Source of the DNA: Spirochaetales bacterium Spiro_05
Lineage (GTDB): Bacteria; Spirochaetota; Spirochaetia; Sphaerochaetales; Sphaerochaetaceae
Assembly (NCBI GenBank): GCA_001603115.1
Contig: LVBG01000027.1
Location: 26,638-90,637 of the forward strand
Direction: 5' to 3'
Length of the DNA stretch: 64,000 bases
Shown here: piece after piece, positions 55,063 through 64,000 of the stretch
Position numbering within the stretch: position 1 is the stretch's first letter
How the letters are laid out: each line of letters opens with the position of its first letter
Position numbers and translations under genes: made by a program
Notes under the pieces: model-generated
What the model was told of the DNA's origin: nothing
The model's database searches: none
The model's input: only the letters and a program-made list of their open reading frames with translations

Positions 55063-57095
55063 GCATGATCAGTTGCACACGCAATGACGAGAAGCTGACC
55101 ATTCAGTACCAGGGCATCGCAATCTTGGAGCACTCCCCGAAACAGAGTTGCCTCTCCCTGCGCAGGGCAGAGGAACACGTGGATATGTATCGCGGCAACT
55201 ACTTCATCGAGGACACCGTGCTTGAAGAGCTGAATCTCAATGAGTGCAGCGTCACCCAAGCCTACCAGGAAGGACGGGGGGTGGTCAGCCTGACCTTTGG
55301 TGGAAAAGAGGGAAAGGTGACCTGCGACCTCAGTGAGGTGGAAGGGAGGCTGCAGATGCATTTTTCCCCCCTTCCAAAGCCGTACAACCGCCTGGTCATC
55401 AGGTTGGTTGCCTGTGAGGATGAGCATGTCTGGGGATGTGGGGAGCAGTTTTCCCACTTCGACCTGCGTGGCAGGCACTTCCCGCTTTGGACCCAAGAGC
55501 AGGGAGTGGGAAGGAACAAGGCGACGGAGATCACGCAGATCTCTGACCGCCTCGACCGGGCAGGTGGTGACTATCACACCACCTTCTACCCCCAGCCAAC
55601 GTTTGTATCAAGCCGCCGTTACTTTGTGCATGCCCAGACCGATGGCTATGCCGATTTTGATTTCACCCATCCTGCCTACCATGAACTGGAGTTCTGGGAT
55701 GTCCCTTCCTGCATCACCATTTCCACCAAGCCCACTTTGCTCTCGGTGGTACAGGATATCTCAGCTCTGCTGGGCAGGCAGCCCAAGCTTCCTTCTTGGG
55801 TGTATGACGGCATCATATTGGGAATGCAAGGCGGAACTGCAACCTGCTTGGAAAAACTGGAGCGAGTTCATGCACACAGGATGCAAGTCTGCGGCCTTTG
55901 GATCCAGGACTGGGAAGGGGAGAAGTATACCAGCTTCGGAAAGCGTCTCAGATGGAACTGGCAGTGGGATGAGTCCCTTTATCCTGGCCTCGACAAGGAG
56001 ATTGTTCGCCTGAAAGCGCAAGGAATACGGGTACTGGGCTATATCAATCCCTATGTGTTGGCCGACCATCCTCTCTTCGAAGAAGCCAAGCGGCTCGACT
56101 TTTTAGGCAAGCGCACCGATGGTTCTGTGTATCTGGTCGACTTCGGCGAGTTCGATGCTGCGATTGTGGACTTCACCAATGAGAAGGCAGTGAACTGGTA
56201 CAAGGATGTGATCAAACGTGAGCTGATCGATTTTGGCTTGGGTGGATGGATGGCTGACTTTGGCGAGTATCTTCCTACCGATGTCATCTTGGCAAACGGC
56301 CGCAGTGCCATGTTGGAGCACAATCCTTGGCCCGGCTATTGGGCAAAGGTCAACCAAGACGCAATCAAGGAGTGTGGGAAGGAAGAGGAGATCCTCTTCT
56401 TCATGCGTGCAGGGTCGTCACAGAGCCTCGCTTCCTGCCCCATGATGTGGGCCGGGGACCAGAACGTCGATTGGTCGGAGGATGATGGACTGCCGTCGGT
56501 CATAACCGCAGCGCTTTCGCTGGCAATGAGCGGGATGGGCTTGCATCACAGCGATATCGGGGGATATACCACCCTGTATGGCATGAAGCGCTCCAAGGAG
56601 CTCTTGCTCAGGTGGGCAGAGTTTGCCGCCTTCACCCCGCTGATGCGCACCCATGAGGGAAACAGACCCAAGGACAACTGGCAGTTCGATTCCGACGAAG
56701 AGACCCTACGGATACTTGCATTCTTCACCTCGCTCCATGTCCGGCTCAAGCCGTACCTGATGCACGTGGTGGCAGAGAACGCCGAATTGGGGATTCCGGT
56801 CATGAGACCGCTGTTTCTCCATGACCCAGATCCTCGTTTCCATACTGTCAAGGATGCCTACTTGTTGGGTTCGGATCTCTATGTTGCCCCGGTGCTCAAG
56901 CAAGGCTGCAATGAGCGGGAGGTCGATCTTCCCAAGGGAGAGTGGGTGCATCTTGTCACCCATGCACCCTATACGAGTGGAAAGCATACGGTGGAGGCTC
57001 CCTTGGGACAACCTGCGGTCTTCTACCGAGCGGGCAGTGAGTTCTCACCGCTTTTCTCGTCCCTGTTCAATACAGGAACGGAACAGCCTCTTTGA
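55059..57095 (+). CDS. yihQ: Sulfoquinovosidase (GH31, YihQ-like)
   Basis: GCGEQFS, GMQGG, WIQDW...TSFGKRLRWNW, nucleophile WMADFGEY, WAGDQ, HHSDIGGYT, MRTHEGNRP (start may be ATG 55065). Confidence 0.92.
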   Translation: MSMISCTRNDEKLTIQYQGIAILEHSPKQSCLSLRRAEEHVDMYRGNYFIEDTVLEELNLNECSVTQAYQEGRGVVSLTFGGKEGKVTCDLSEVEGRLQMHFSPLPKPYNRLVIRLVACEDEHVWGCGEQFSHFDLRGRHFPLWTQEQGVGRNKATEITQISDRLDRAGGDYHTTFYPQPTFVSSRRYFVHAQTDGYADFDFTHPAYHELEFWDVPSCITISTKPTLLSVVQDISALLGRQPKLPSWVYDGIILGMQGGTATCLEKLERVHAHRMQVCGLWIQDWEGEKYTSFGKRLRWNWQWDESLYPGLDKEIVRLKAQGIRVLGYINPYVLADHPLFEEAKRLDFLGKRTDGSVYLVDFGEFDAAIVDFTNEKAVNWYKDVIKRELIDFGLGGWMADFGEYLPTDVILANGRSAMLEHNPWPGYWAKVNQDAIKECGKEEEILFFMRAGSSQSLASCPMMWAGDQNVDWSEDDGLPSVITAALSLAMSGMGLHHSDIGGYTTLYGMKRSKELLLRWAEFAAFTPLMRTHEGNRPKDNWQFDSDEETLRILAFFTSLHVRLKPYLMHVVAENAELGIPVMRPLFLHDPDPRFHTVKDAYLLGSDLYVAPVLKQGCNEREVDLPKGEWVHLVTHAPYTSGKHTVEAPLGQPAVFYRAGSEFSPLFSSLFNTGTEQPL

Positions 57096-58110
57096 GTGCT
57101 GCGCGGGGAACGAAGATCTCGATGAGCTTTACGCTCTCTTTCTTTACCACAAAGAGGATGGTGCTGAGCGTGTTCTTTGCCAGGGAGTAGAAGCCACTCG
57201 GTTTCTCGGTCTGCTTGGCGGGAAGGTTGCCCGCCTGGAAGGCTTCGCGATCCTTGGCACTGGCACTGAAGGTGGAGAAGTCCCAAAGCGATGGGTCATA
57301 GCTTCCTTCCAAGAGAGCCTCTTCGTCATCATCAAGGCGGTGGAAAAAGTCCAGTCCTGTCAGCTCTTCAACCTCGTCAACGGTGGTGGCGAACTTCTCG
57401 AGGCTTTTGCTTGAGCCTTCGTTGGGCAATACGAAGCCTATCGCCTTCAACTCAGGTTCCTCATAGTCAAGAATCACTTTGTAATACTGGTTGGGAACCG
57501 AGACTTTGTTCTTGCCAATGGTCTTGTAGGGGCCATCGGTGAGCACCGGACCGGTTACCACGTATACAGCACCCTCTGTATCGGCAAAGTTGCGTACGGT
57601 GGCCTCAAGCTTACTCCAGATGCCACGATTGAACTGTCCCTCCTGGGGGCTCATGTTGCTCATATAGAAGGAACCGCTCATGGCTTCCTCACTGAAGGAG
57701 AGGTCTGCTGCCGGGATAAGGTGGCCACGGTCATAGCCGCTGGAGCGATAGTCGTCCAAGGTGGCTGAACCGGTGATGATCGAAGGGTCACTGCGAAAAT
57801 CATCTTTACGTTCGAAACTGCCGTAGAGCTCCTCGCGAGTCAGGTGATAGGCAACCCAGCGAGCCTGCTCATGTTCTTCATCATAGGAGAGTGTGTAACC
57901 GGGATGGGAAACCACCAGCTCGGTTTTCTCGAAGTAGGGGAGCTCGAGACCTGGGATAGCCGATCCAGTCGCCTGCGGCAGCTCTGCTTCGCTGGGAGCA
58001 AGGACCAGGGTGAGTATCCACAGGACAAGCAGGATTGCCAGAAGTATGAGAAGCTTCTTTCCCCGCTTCTTCGCCTTGTTCACCCGTGTCCCTGCTTTTC
58101 GTTTTGCCAT
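57067..58110 (-). CDS. Membrane-anchored DNA/RNA non-specific endonuclease (NucA/EndoG family)
   Basis: YDRGHLIPA, SNMSPQ, FNRGIW; N-terminal TM helix; GGAGG RBS. Confidence 0.92.
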   Translation of the reverse strand: MAKRKAGTRVNKAKKRGKKLLILLAILLVLWILTLVLAPSEAELPQATGSAIPGLELPYFEKTELVVSHPGYTLSYDEEHEQARWVAYHLTREELYGSFERKDDFRSDPSIITGSATLDDYRSSGYDRGHLIPAADLSFSEEAMSGSFYMSNMSPQEGQFNRGIWSKLEATVRNFADTEGAVYVVTGPVLTDGPYKTIGKNKVSVPNQYYKVILDYEEPELKAIGFVLPNEGSSKSLEKFATTVDEVEELTGLDFFHRLDDDEEALLEGSYDPSLWDFSTFSASAKDREAFQAGNLPAKQTEKPSGFYSLAKNTLSTILFVVKKESVKLIEIFVPRAALKEAVPFLY

Positions 58111-58208
58111 TGATTCCTCCCCCTTTCGGTTTGCCGTAGTATACCCAAGCATGCAGTGCTTGGGAATCGGCATCACCTATAGGGAGGAACCACGCTCTTT
58201 CAGAGAAG

Positions 58209-58715
58209 TTACGCCCGGATGATGGTAATGGTACCTTCCTTGGGTTTGCGCCGAGGCGGGTAGTCGCCCTTGACGTGGCCGACTGCCAGGGTACCGGTCA
58301 CCCGGTAGCCTTCAGGGATGCCGTAGTCGGATAGCTGCGTATCGATGTCGTGGTTGTTGTTGATCCTGTTGCACCAAACCGACCCCAAACCCAGGGCGTG
58401 GGCAGCCTGCATCATGTTGGTGAGGGCACAAGCAGTATCTTCCTTCTCATAGGCGCTGCCGAGCTGGATGGAGACCAGAATCAGGGTCGGGGCGTGGTAG
58501 AAGAAGCTGTTGTTCGGGCCAACCACCAGCTCATCGAGGGCGCGAAGCTTCTGTGGGTCCTGTAGCGCGGTGAAATGCCAAGTCTCCTGATTCTTCCCAT
58601 TCGGTGCAAGTCTTCCGGCTTCGAGAATCAGAAGCAGGTCCTCATCGGCGATCTGCTCTTCGGTGAAACTCCGTACACTCCTGCGACTGAGCAGGCTTTC
58701 CATATCTGTGTTCAT
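58209..58715 (-). CDS. Nitroreductase family protein
   Basis: RRSVRSF, APNGKN, AAHALGLGSVW; AAGGAGG RBS. Confidence 0.9.
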   Translation of the reverse strand: MNTDMESLLSRRSVRSFTEEQIADEDLLLILEAGRLAPNGKNQETWHFTALQDPQKLRALDELVVGPNNSFFYHAPTLILVSIQLGSAYEKEDTACALTNMMQAAHALGLGSVWCNRINNNHDIDTQLSDYGIPEGYRVTGTLAVGHVKGDYPPRRKPKEGTITIIRA

Positions 58716-58782
58716 TGCTGCCTCCTTACTCTCCATTGTACCTCTTCCCAGAAGGCCTTCCAATAGGGTATGGTAGCTCCAA

Positions 58783-59154
58783 ATGAAGTACCTAACCCAG
58801 CTTGCACTCATCTTCGGAATCTGCCTGGTTGGCGACCTAGTCTCAAGCCTGTTGCCCTTCTCCTTTCCCGGCAGCGTCATCAGCATGATCTTTGTGCTCA
58901 TCCTGCTCTCCTCCAGGATCCTCAAGGAGGAGCATTTGGGTGAGAGTGCCGACTTTTTGCTGCGTAATATGACCTTTTTCTTCATTCCCCCAGGGGTAGG
59001 CATCCTCAGGTATGCTGCTCTGGTGCAGTCTATCTGGTGGCAGCTGATATTGGTGAACCTCATCTCCTTGGTTGCCTGCTTTGCAGCAAGCAGCTATACC
59101 GTTTTGTTGGTCATGCGCATCCAGCGCCTGATCGCCAGGAGGCACCATGCTTGA
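58783..59154 (+). CDS. CidA/LrgA family protein
   Basis: FPGSVISM, MTFFFIPPGVG. Confidence 0.9.
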   Translation: MKYLTQLALIFGICLVGDLVSSLLPFSFPGSVISMIFVLILLSSRILKEEHLGESADFLLRNMTFFFIPPGVGILRYAALVQSIWWQLILVNLISLVACFAASSYTVLLVMRIQRLIARRHHA

Positions 59155-59827
59155 GATAGCACACTCCCCCTTGTTCGGCATCATGCTCTCCATCGTTTCG
59201 TTTCGCATCGGTCTTTGGGTCAACAAGAAGGTGGGCCACCCATTGGCAAACCCGCTCATCATCGCCATGCTCATCGTGGTTGCGGTTCTGTCGGTGTTTG
59301 GCATACCACTCGATGCGTTCGAACAGGGATCTTCCTTCATTGCTATGTTCTTGGCTCCTGTCACCGCAGTGCTTGCTCTTACCATCTATCGCCAGCGCAA
59401 GATTCTTGCAGGGGCTTTTTTCCCGGTGTTGTTTGGTACCCTGGCAGGAGCTCTTGCAGCTCTCTCTTCCATCCGCTTCAGTGCAACGCTGTTTGGGTTG
59501 AATGAGCAGATGATCGCGAGCTTGCTCTCCAAGAGTGTCACCACCCCTATTGCCATTGCCATTACCGAACAGTTTGGGGGCATTCCCGCCCTGACCATCG
59601 CATCAACGGTCATTACCGGCCTGGCAGGGAATCTGCTTGCTCCTGTATTGGGAAAAGTCTTTCGCATCAAGGACCCGGTTGCCCACGGGGTGGGCATCGG
59701 CAGTTGCAGCCATGCCTTGGGGACAAGCAAAGCCCTGGAGCTTGGGGAAGTCCAGGGTGCGATGAGCAGCATCTCGATCAGTTTGTCAGCTATTTGGACG
59801 GTTTTGCTTGCGCCGTTTTTCTTCTAG
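59147..59827 (+). CDS. LrgB family protein
   Basis: NPLII, KSVTTPIA, SHALGT. Confidence 0.92.
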   Translation: MLEIAHSPLFGIMLSIVSFRIGLWVNKKVGHPLANPLIIAMLIVVAVLSVFGIPLDAFEQGSSFIAMFLAPVTAVLALTIYRQRKILAGAFFPVLFGTLAGALAALSSIRFSATLFGLNEQMIASLLSKSVTTPIAIAITEQFGGIPALTIASTVITGLAGNLLAPVLGKVFRIKDPVAHGVGIGSCSHALGTSKALELGEVQGAMSSISISLSAIWTVLLAPFFF

Positions 59828-60715
59828 ACGAATAAGGCGGTGCATGGGAACAAACCCTTCTCCGAGCGCCTGGTAGGTTTCATGGACGAACATGAAGGCT
59901 TTCGGATCCTCTTCGTGCACAATCCTGGTCAGGTGGTTGATCTGCTGGTTGTGCACCACCGCCATGAGCATGGTGCGCTCCCTTCCGGTGAAGATGCCCA
60001 CTCCGCTGATGAGGGTTCCCCCATGGCGGAGTTCGGTGATGATACGCTTGCCGATGGCTTCATGCCGCTCGCTGACGATATAGGCCGTCTTTGCGTACTT
60101 GGTACCCAGGCTCATCACCATGTAGTTCACCATCTGCCCTGAAAGGTAGAGCGTGATGATGGCAAACAAGGCACGTTCAAAGCCGAAGGCCAGTGCTCCC
60201 AATACGATGACTGAGGCGTCACAGAGAAAGAGTGAGGTTCCCAGGTTCAGTGGAGTGTACTTGCTCAGAATCTGGGCGAGGATATCAGTGCCTCCGGTGT
60301 TTGCGCCGCTACGCAGTACCAGCCCGATGCCGCTGCCAAGCAGTACTCCTCCAAAAATTGCCGATAGAAGGGTGTCCATCCGATCGACATAGGGAAGAAA
60401 GCCTTCATACGAGGTCATCTGGCCGAAGAAGCTGACCCAGAGGCTCAAGAGCAGCGTCCCTGCAAGACTCTTTGCCCCATAGGTACGGCCGAAAATCCAC
60501 ATACCGAGCAGAAAGATGGGGATGCTGATGGCAAGCATCACCAGACCGGTATCCCAACCGGTAAGATGGTAGAGGATTGTGGCGATGCCATTCACGCCAC
60601 CACTTGCAATCTTTGCCGGAGTGATGAAGGTTGCGATGGAGAAGCCTGCCAACGCAGTGCCTCCGACAAGATAGAGCGCCTCGATGACGAGGCGCTTATT
60701 CGGTGTGCTTTGCAT
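59786..60715 (-). CDS. YitT family membrane protein
   Basis: IASGGVNG, NTGGTDILA, DPKAFM. Confidence 0.9.
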   Translation of the reverse strand: MQSTPNKRLVIEALYLVGGTALAGFSIATFITPAKIASGGVNGIATILYHLTGWDTGLVMLAISIPIFLLGMWIFGRTYGAKSLAGTLLLSLWVSFFGQMTSYEGFLPYVDRMDTLLSAIFGGVLLGSGIGLVLRSGANTGGTDILAQILSKYTPLNLGTSLFLCDASVIVLGALAFGFERALFAIITLYLSGQMVNYMVMSLGTKYAKTAYIVSERHEAIGKRIITELRHGGTLISGVGIFTGRERTMLMAVVHNQQINHLTRIVHEEDPKAFMFVHETYQALGEGFVPMHRLIRLEEKRRKQNRPNS

Positions 60716-60729
60716 AGGTGAAGTATGGC

Positions 60730-62334
60730 TCAGTGGACGTATTTGCGCAAGGTCTCACGCACAGCACCCTTGCCTGCAAGCAGTTGGCTGAGGTAGTCCT
60801 GGACAAGGTCTGCCATGCCGATTGCATTGAGATCCACTCCCCACAGCGTGGTGTCTGAAAGAAGGGATGCAAGCGAGGGGAAGGGGCCCTGCATTCCGAT
60901 CTTGATATCCACCAAGGAAGCTTGCACCTCAGCAAGGCGGGGGTCTGGACTTGGGGCGAAGGGCCGAAGCTCATCGTTGAGGCCGAGCAGGTAGCGCAGC
61001 CAGCCTGCAAACACCAGGGGGATGAGTTTGAGATTCTTCACATCCAGCTCACTGCTGGCCAAATACGCCTTGATGGTCTCACCGAAGCGGATCGCCAGCT
61101 TCTGGCTGGTGTCGGTGGCGATTCTCTGGGGGGTGTCGGGCATGAATGGGTTGGGGAAGCGGACATTGAGCACTTCATCGATGAACTGCTTGGGGTTGAG
61201 GATCTTCGGGTCGACAACTACCGGCATGCCTTCTGTGTAACCGATTTTCTCAACCAAGGCTTTCAGTTCGCTATCCCGCATCTCATCGCTGATGAGGGTA
61301 TGACCAAGCAGACAGCCATAGATGGCAAGGGCGGTGTGCAGCGGATTGAGGCAGGTGGTTACCTTCATCCGCTCAACCTGGTTGACCGTCTCGCGGTCGG
61401 TAAAGAAGACACCAGCCTTCTCCAAGGCGGGCCGTCCGTTTGCAAACAGGTCTTCGATGACCAGATACTGGGACTCTTCTGCATTGACGAAGGCCGCTGT
61501 GTAGGTGTTCTTGTCGGTGATGACCAAGGATGTGTCTTCAAACCCGTCTGCTTTGAGCATTGCCTCCACCTTTGCATCGGGACGCGGAGTGATCTTGTCG
61601 ATCATGGACCATGGGAACGTCACTTCCTCCTTGAGGTAGGTGACAAAGCCGGGGTCTGCATGGCCGTTTTCCACCCAAGCATGGGCGATGGTCATGACTG
61701 CATCCTGCAGCTTCTGCCCGTTGTGCGAACAGTTGTCCATGCTTACCAAGCTGAGCTTGCCGGCCTTTGCCAGATAGCGCTCATGGACAAGTGAGGTGAG
61801 CTTGGAGAGGAACATGGTGCTCTTCTTGGGCCCGTTGCTCATGTCGGCAGCTACTGCAGGATAGAACTCACCGTTTCCACCTCGCAAGGAGTATCCTTTC
61901 TCGGTGATGGTGAAACTTGCCATCTGAAGGCTCGGCTTTCGGAAGGTCTGCACAAAGAACTCCCACTCTTTCGCAAACTGAGGGTCGCACTTGTATGCAT
62001 AGGCAACGGAGGCAATGACCTCTTTCTCGATCGATCCGTCACTCTTGAGGGTAACCATGAGGGTGAGGTTGTCGTGCTTGTCGTACACCTTGTCGATGAT
62101 TTCGTAGTCAAAGCCCTCTCCGACAATGATGCCAGTCTTGGTGAGCTTCTGATTGAGCAGCTGCTGCTGCAAGGCGGCAGGGAAGACACGGAAGATGTTG
62201 CCTGCTCCAAAGTGCACCCAGGTAGGATTCTGTTCGGTCTCTTTGAGCATGACCTGTCGGTCAAAGGTAGGAAGGGTATATCCCTTCTGCTGCCACAGTT
62301 CTTTTGCTTGCAAACCTTCATTGGTGAGTTTCAT
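60730..62334 (-). CDS. uxuB: Mannitol dehydrogenase family; D-mannonate oxidoreductase (fructuronate reductase)
   Basis: HFGAGNIFR, TITEKGY, SMDNCSHNG, MIDKITPRP, CLNPLHT; in an operon with uxuA. Confidence 0.85.
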   Translation of the reverse strand: MKLTNEGLQAKELWQQKGYTLPTFDRQVMLKETEQNPTWVHFGAGNIFRVFPAALQQQLLNQKLTKTGIIVGEGFDYEIIDKVYDKHDNLTLMVTLKSDGSIEKEVIASVAYAYKCDPQFAKEWEFFVQTFRKPSLQMASFTITEKGYSLRGGNGEFYPAVAADMSNGPKKSTMFLSKLTSLVHERYLAKAGKLSLVSMDNCSHNGQKLQDAVMTIAHAWVENGHADPGFVTYLKEEVTFPWSMIDKITPRPDAKVEAMLKADGFEDTSLVITDKNTYTAAFVNAEESQYLVIEDLFANGRPALEKAGVFFTDRETVNQVERMKVTTCLNPLHTALAIYGCLLGHTLISDEMRDSELKALVEKIGYTEGMPVVVDPKILNPKQFIDEVLNVRFPNPFMPDTPQRIATDTSQKLAIRFGETIKAYLASSELDVKNLKLIPLVFAGWLRYLLGLNDELRPFAPSPDPRLAEVQASLVDIKIGMQGPFPSLASLLSDTTLWGVDLNAIGMADLVQDYLSQLLAGKGAVRETLRKYVH

Positions 62335-62347
62335 GGGGGGACTCCTT

Positions 62348-63058
62348 TTACTTGGTGGGACGAAGTCGGAGGCCGACGTAGCTGGTCTCCTGTTTGAAAT
62401 AGTTCGGATAGTGCTGGACCATCAGCTCGGTCTCTTGCAGCAGCTTGGAAAGATGCTTGTCCTCAAGGTTGAGGATGGTCTCCATCTGCTTGGTCTTGAG
62501 CGCTTCGACCATGTTGCGATGCTGCTCGATGATATTGGGCAGTACGTTCTTCTCGGTGAAAGAGAGAAGCCGAATCCTGTGATGGTTTCCGCCCTGGTTG
62601 GTGATGATATTCCAGATGCGCATCATCCCGATACCACTGAATATCTGAGAGTGGAACTGGTCGTCCGCTTCGATGAACCGGACAAAATCGCCGGAGGCCA
62701 TTGCATCTACTTGGTCCTCGATCGCACGTTCCATCGCCAGGAAGTGTTCTTCCTTGCTCTGATAGATGAACTTGCGGATTGCACTCTCTTCAAGACTCTT
62801 GCGCAAGAAGCGCTCCTCCTCAACCTGCTTGAGGTTGATCAAGGAGACGCGGGTTCCTTTCTGGGGGAAGATGTCCACCAGATTGTCCCCACTGAGGCGC
62901 ATGAGTGCATCCCGCACCGGGGAGCGGCTGACCTGCAGCTGCGTAGACAGCAGCTGCAGATTCAACTCCTCACCAGGTTTGAAGCGCATTGAGAGAATTT
63001 CGGAACGCAGCGTCTGATAAATCTCTTCGCTTGCAGTGACTCTGACGATATTGGCCAT
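62348..63058 (-). CDS. GntR/FCD transcriptional regulator
   Basis: VSRSPVRDAL, PQKGT, DDQFH. Confidence 0.92.
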   Translation of the reverse strand: MANIVRVTASEEIYQTLRSEILSMRFKPGEELNLQLLSTQLQVSRSPVRDALMRLSGDNLVDIFPQKGTRVSLINLKQVEEERFLRKSLEESAIRKFIYQSKEEHFLAMERAIEDQVDAMASGDFVRFIEADDQFHSQIFSGIGMMRIWNIITNQGGNHHRIRLLSFTEKNVLPNIIEQHRNMVEALKTKQMETILNLEDKHLSKLLQETELMVQHYPNYFKQETSYVGLRLRPTK

Positions 63059-64000
63059 TTATTTTCCTGCCTTGCTTTTCTGGATTGCCTCATAGAGTCC
63101 CAGGATGTAGCTGGCTCCCAAGGCTCGGTCATACAGACCGTAGCCGGGCATGGCCACCTCACCCCAGATCATCCGTCCGTGGTCGGGTCGTGCAGGGCCT
63201 TCGAAACCGATGTCATCCAAAGCCTTCACGATTTCGTAAAGATCGAAAGAGCCATCGCTGGAAAGGTGGGCTGCTTCCTCAAATACTCCGGGTTCGAAGT
63301 GATGGAGGTTGCGGATGTGTGCAAAATGGATTCTGCCGGGAAGGGCGCGGATGATGCCGGGCAGGTCGTTCTTGGGGTTGGTGCCGAAACTTCCGGCACA
63401 GAAGGTAAGGCCGTTGAAGGGTGCATCGACAGCCTGCATGACTTTCATGATCTTCTCTTTGCTGGTGATGATGCGGGGAAGACCAAAGACGGGCCAGGCC
63501 GGGTCGTCGGGGTGGATTGCCATCTTGATGCCCCACTTCTCGCAGGTCGGCTGGATGGCCTTGAGGAAGTAGATGAGGTTCTCAAACAGCTTCTCCTCAC
63601 TCACGCCCTGATATGCCTCGAAAAGCTCCTTCACTTTTGCCAGGCGTTCTGGCTCCCAACCGGGCATGGAAAAGCCATTGGAGTTGGAATTGGTCTGGTC
63701 GAAGAAGGTCTGGGGGTCGATGCTGTCGACCACCTTCTGGTCGTAGGCGAGTACGGTGGTACCGTCAGTGCGCATCTTGGCCAGGTCGGTGCGGGTCCAG
63801 TCAAACACCGGCATGAAGTTGTAGCACACCGTGGTGATGCCTTCGCTGCCCAGATTCTCCAGGCTTTCGACGTAATTGGCGATATACTTGTCGCGGTCAG
63901 CATTGCCGATCTTGATGGCGTCATGGACGTTGACACTTTCAATACCCAGGACTTTGAGTCCTGCAGCTTCTACCTCATCCTTGAGAGCCTTGATCCGCTC
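63059..64000 (-). CDS. uxuA: Mannonate dehydratase, 5'-truncated by the window edge
   Basis: CYNFMPVFDWTRT, AIHPDDP, RPDHG, PGYGLYDRALG; frame continues upstream (IESVNVHDAIKIG). Confidence 0.95.
   Translation of the reverse strand, partial: ERIKALKDEVEAAGLKVLGIESVNVHDAIKIGNADRDKYIANYVESLENLGSEGITTVCYNFMPVFDWTRTDLAKMRTDGTTVLAYDQKVVDSIDPQTFFDQTNSNSNGFSMPGWEPERLAKVKELFEAYQGVSEEKLFENLIYFLKAIQPTCEKWGIKMAIHPDDPAWPVFGLPRIITSKEKIMKVMQAVDAPFNGLTFCAGSFGTNPKNDLPGIIRALPGRIHFAHIRNLHHFEPGVFEEAAHLSSDGSFDLYEIVKALDDIGFEGPARPDHGRMIWGEVAMPGYGLYDRALGASYILGLYEAIQKSKAGK

Noticed and set aside
58120-58140. GGCAAACCGAAAGG on the minus strand upstream of the nuclease gene, reminiscent of a c-di-GMP-I riboswitch
   Set aside because: The stem is only 2 bp, there is no second hairpin, and it runs straight into the RBS
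1-64000. CRISPR array, tRNA/rRNA, IS or prophage, defence systems
   Set aside because: No repeat-spacer pattern, cloverleaf, transposase, integrase or defence motif was seen; intergenic gaps are all under about 270 nt

Overview
A gene-dense bacterial chromosome segment (~55% GC by eye), most likely from a Sphaerochaeta-like spirochaete. That assignment is inferred from the cdaA-cdaR-acpS-truA-udg-priA order, a stand-alone mitochondrial-like EF-G, and the AQG-type signal on the sugar-binding protein. Contents in order: rex divergent from an Hnd-type bifurcating [FeFe]-hydrogenase operon with an embedded orphan HATPase; a block of uncharacterised envelope genes (lipoproteins and predicted beta-barrels); housekeeping genes; a DRTGG / RsbT-like kinase / group-D-like [FeFe]-hydrogenase operon; glpK-cdaA-...-priA; def-fmt-patatin-radical SAM-fumarase; fusA plus a RecA/KaiC-like ATPase; an apparently complete sulfoquinovose (SQ) sulfoglycolytic-transketolase cluster (44303-57095); and the end of a uxuA-gntR-uxuB operon. 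Best leads: (1) the SQ cluster carries a ROK-family regulator and a 17-bp palindrome (TTACTT-N5-AAGTAA) placed identically at both catabolic promoters; (2) a membrane anchor + Pro-rich linker + beta-barrel protein that may tether the inner and outer membranes; (3) repeated leaderless-mRNA promoter geometry; (4) a split hydrogen-sensing/kinase module. I saw no rRNA, tRNA, CRISPR array or mobile element. All calls come from reading motifs by eye; no searches were run.
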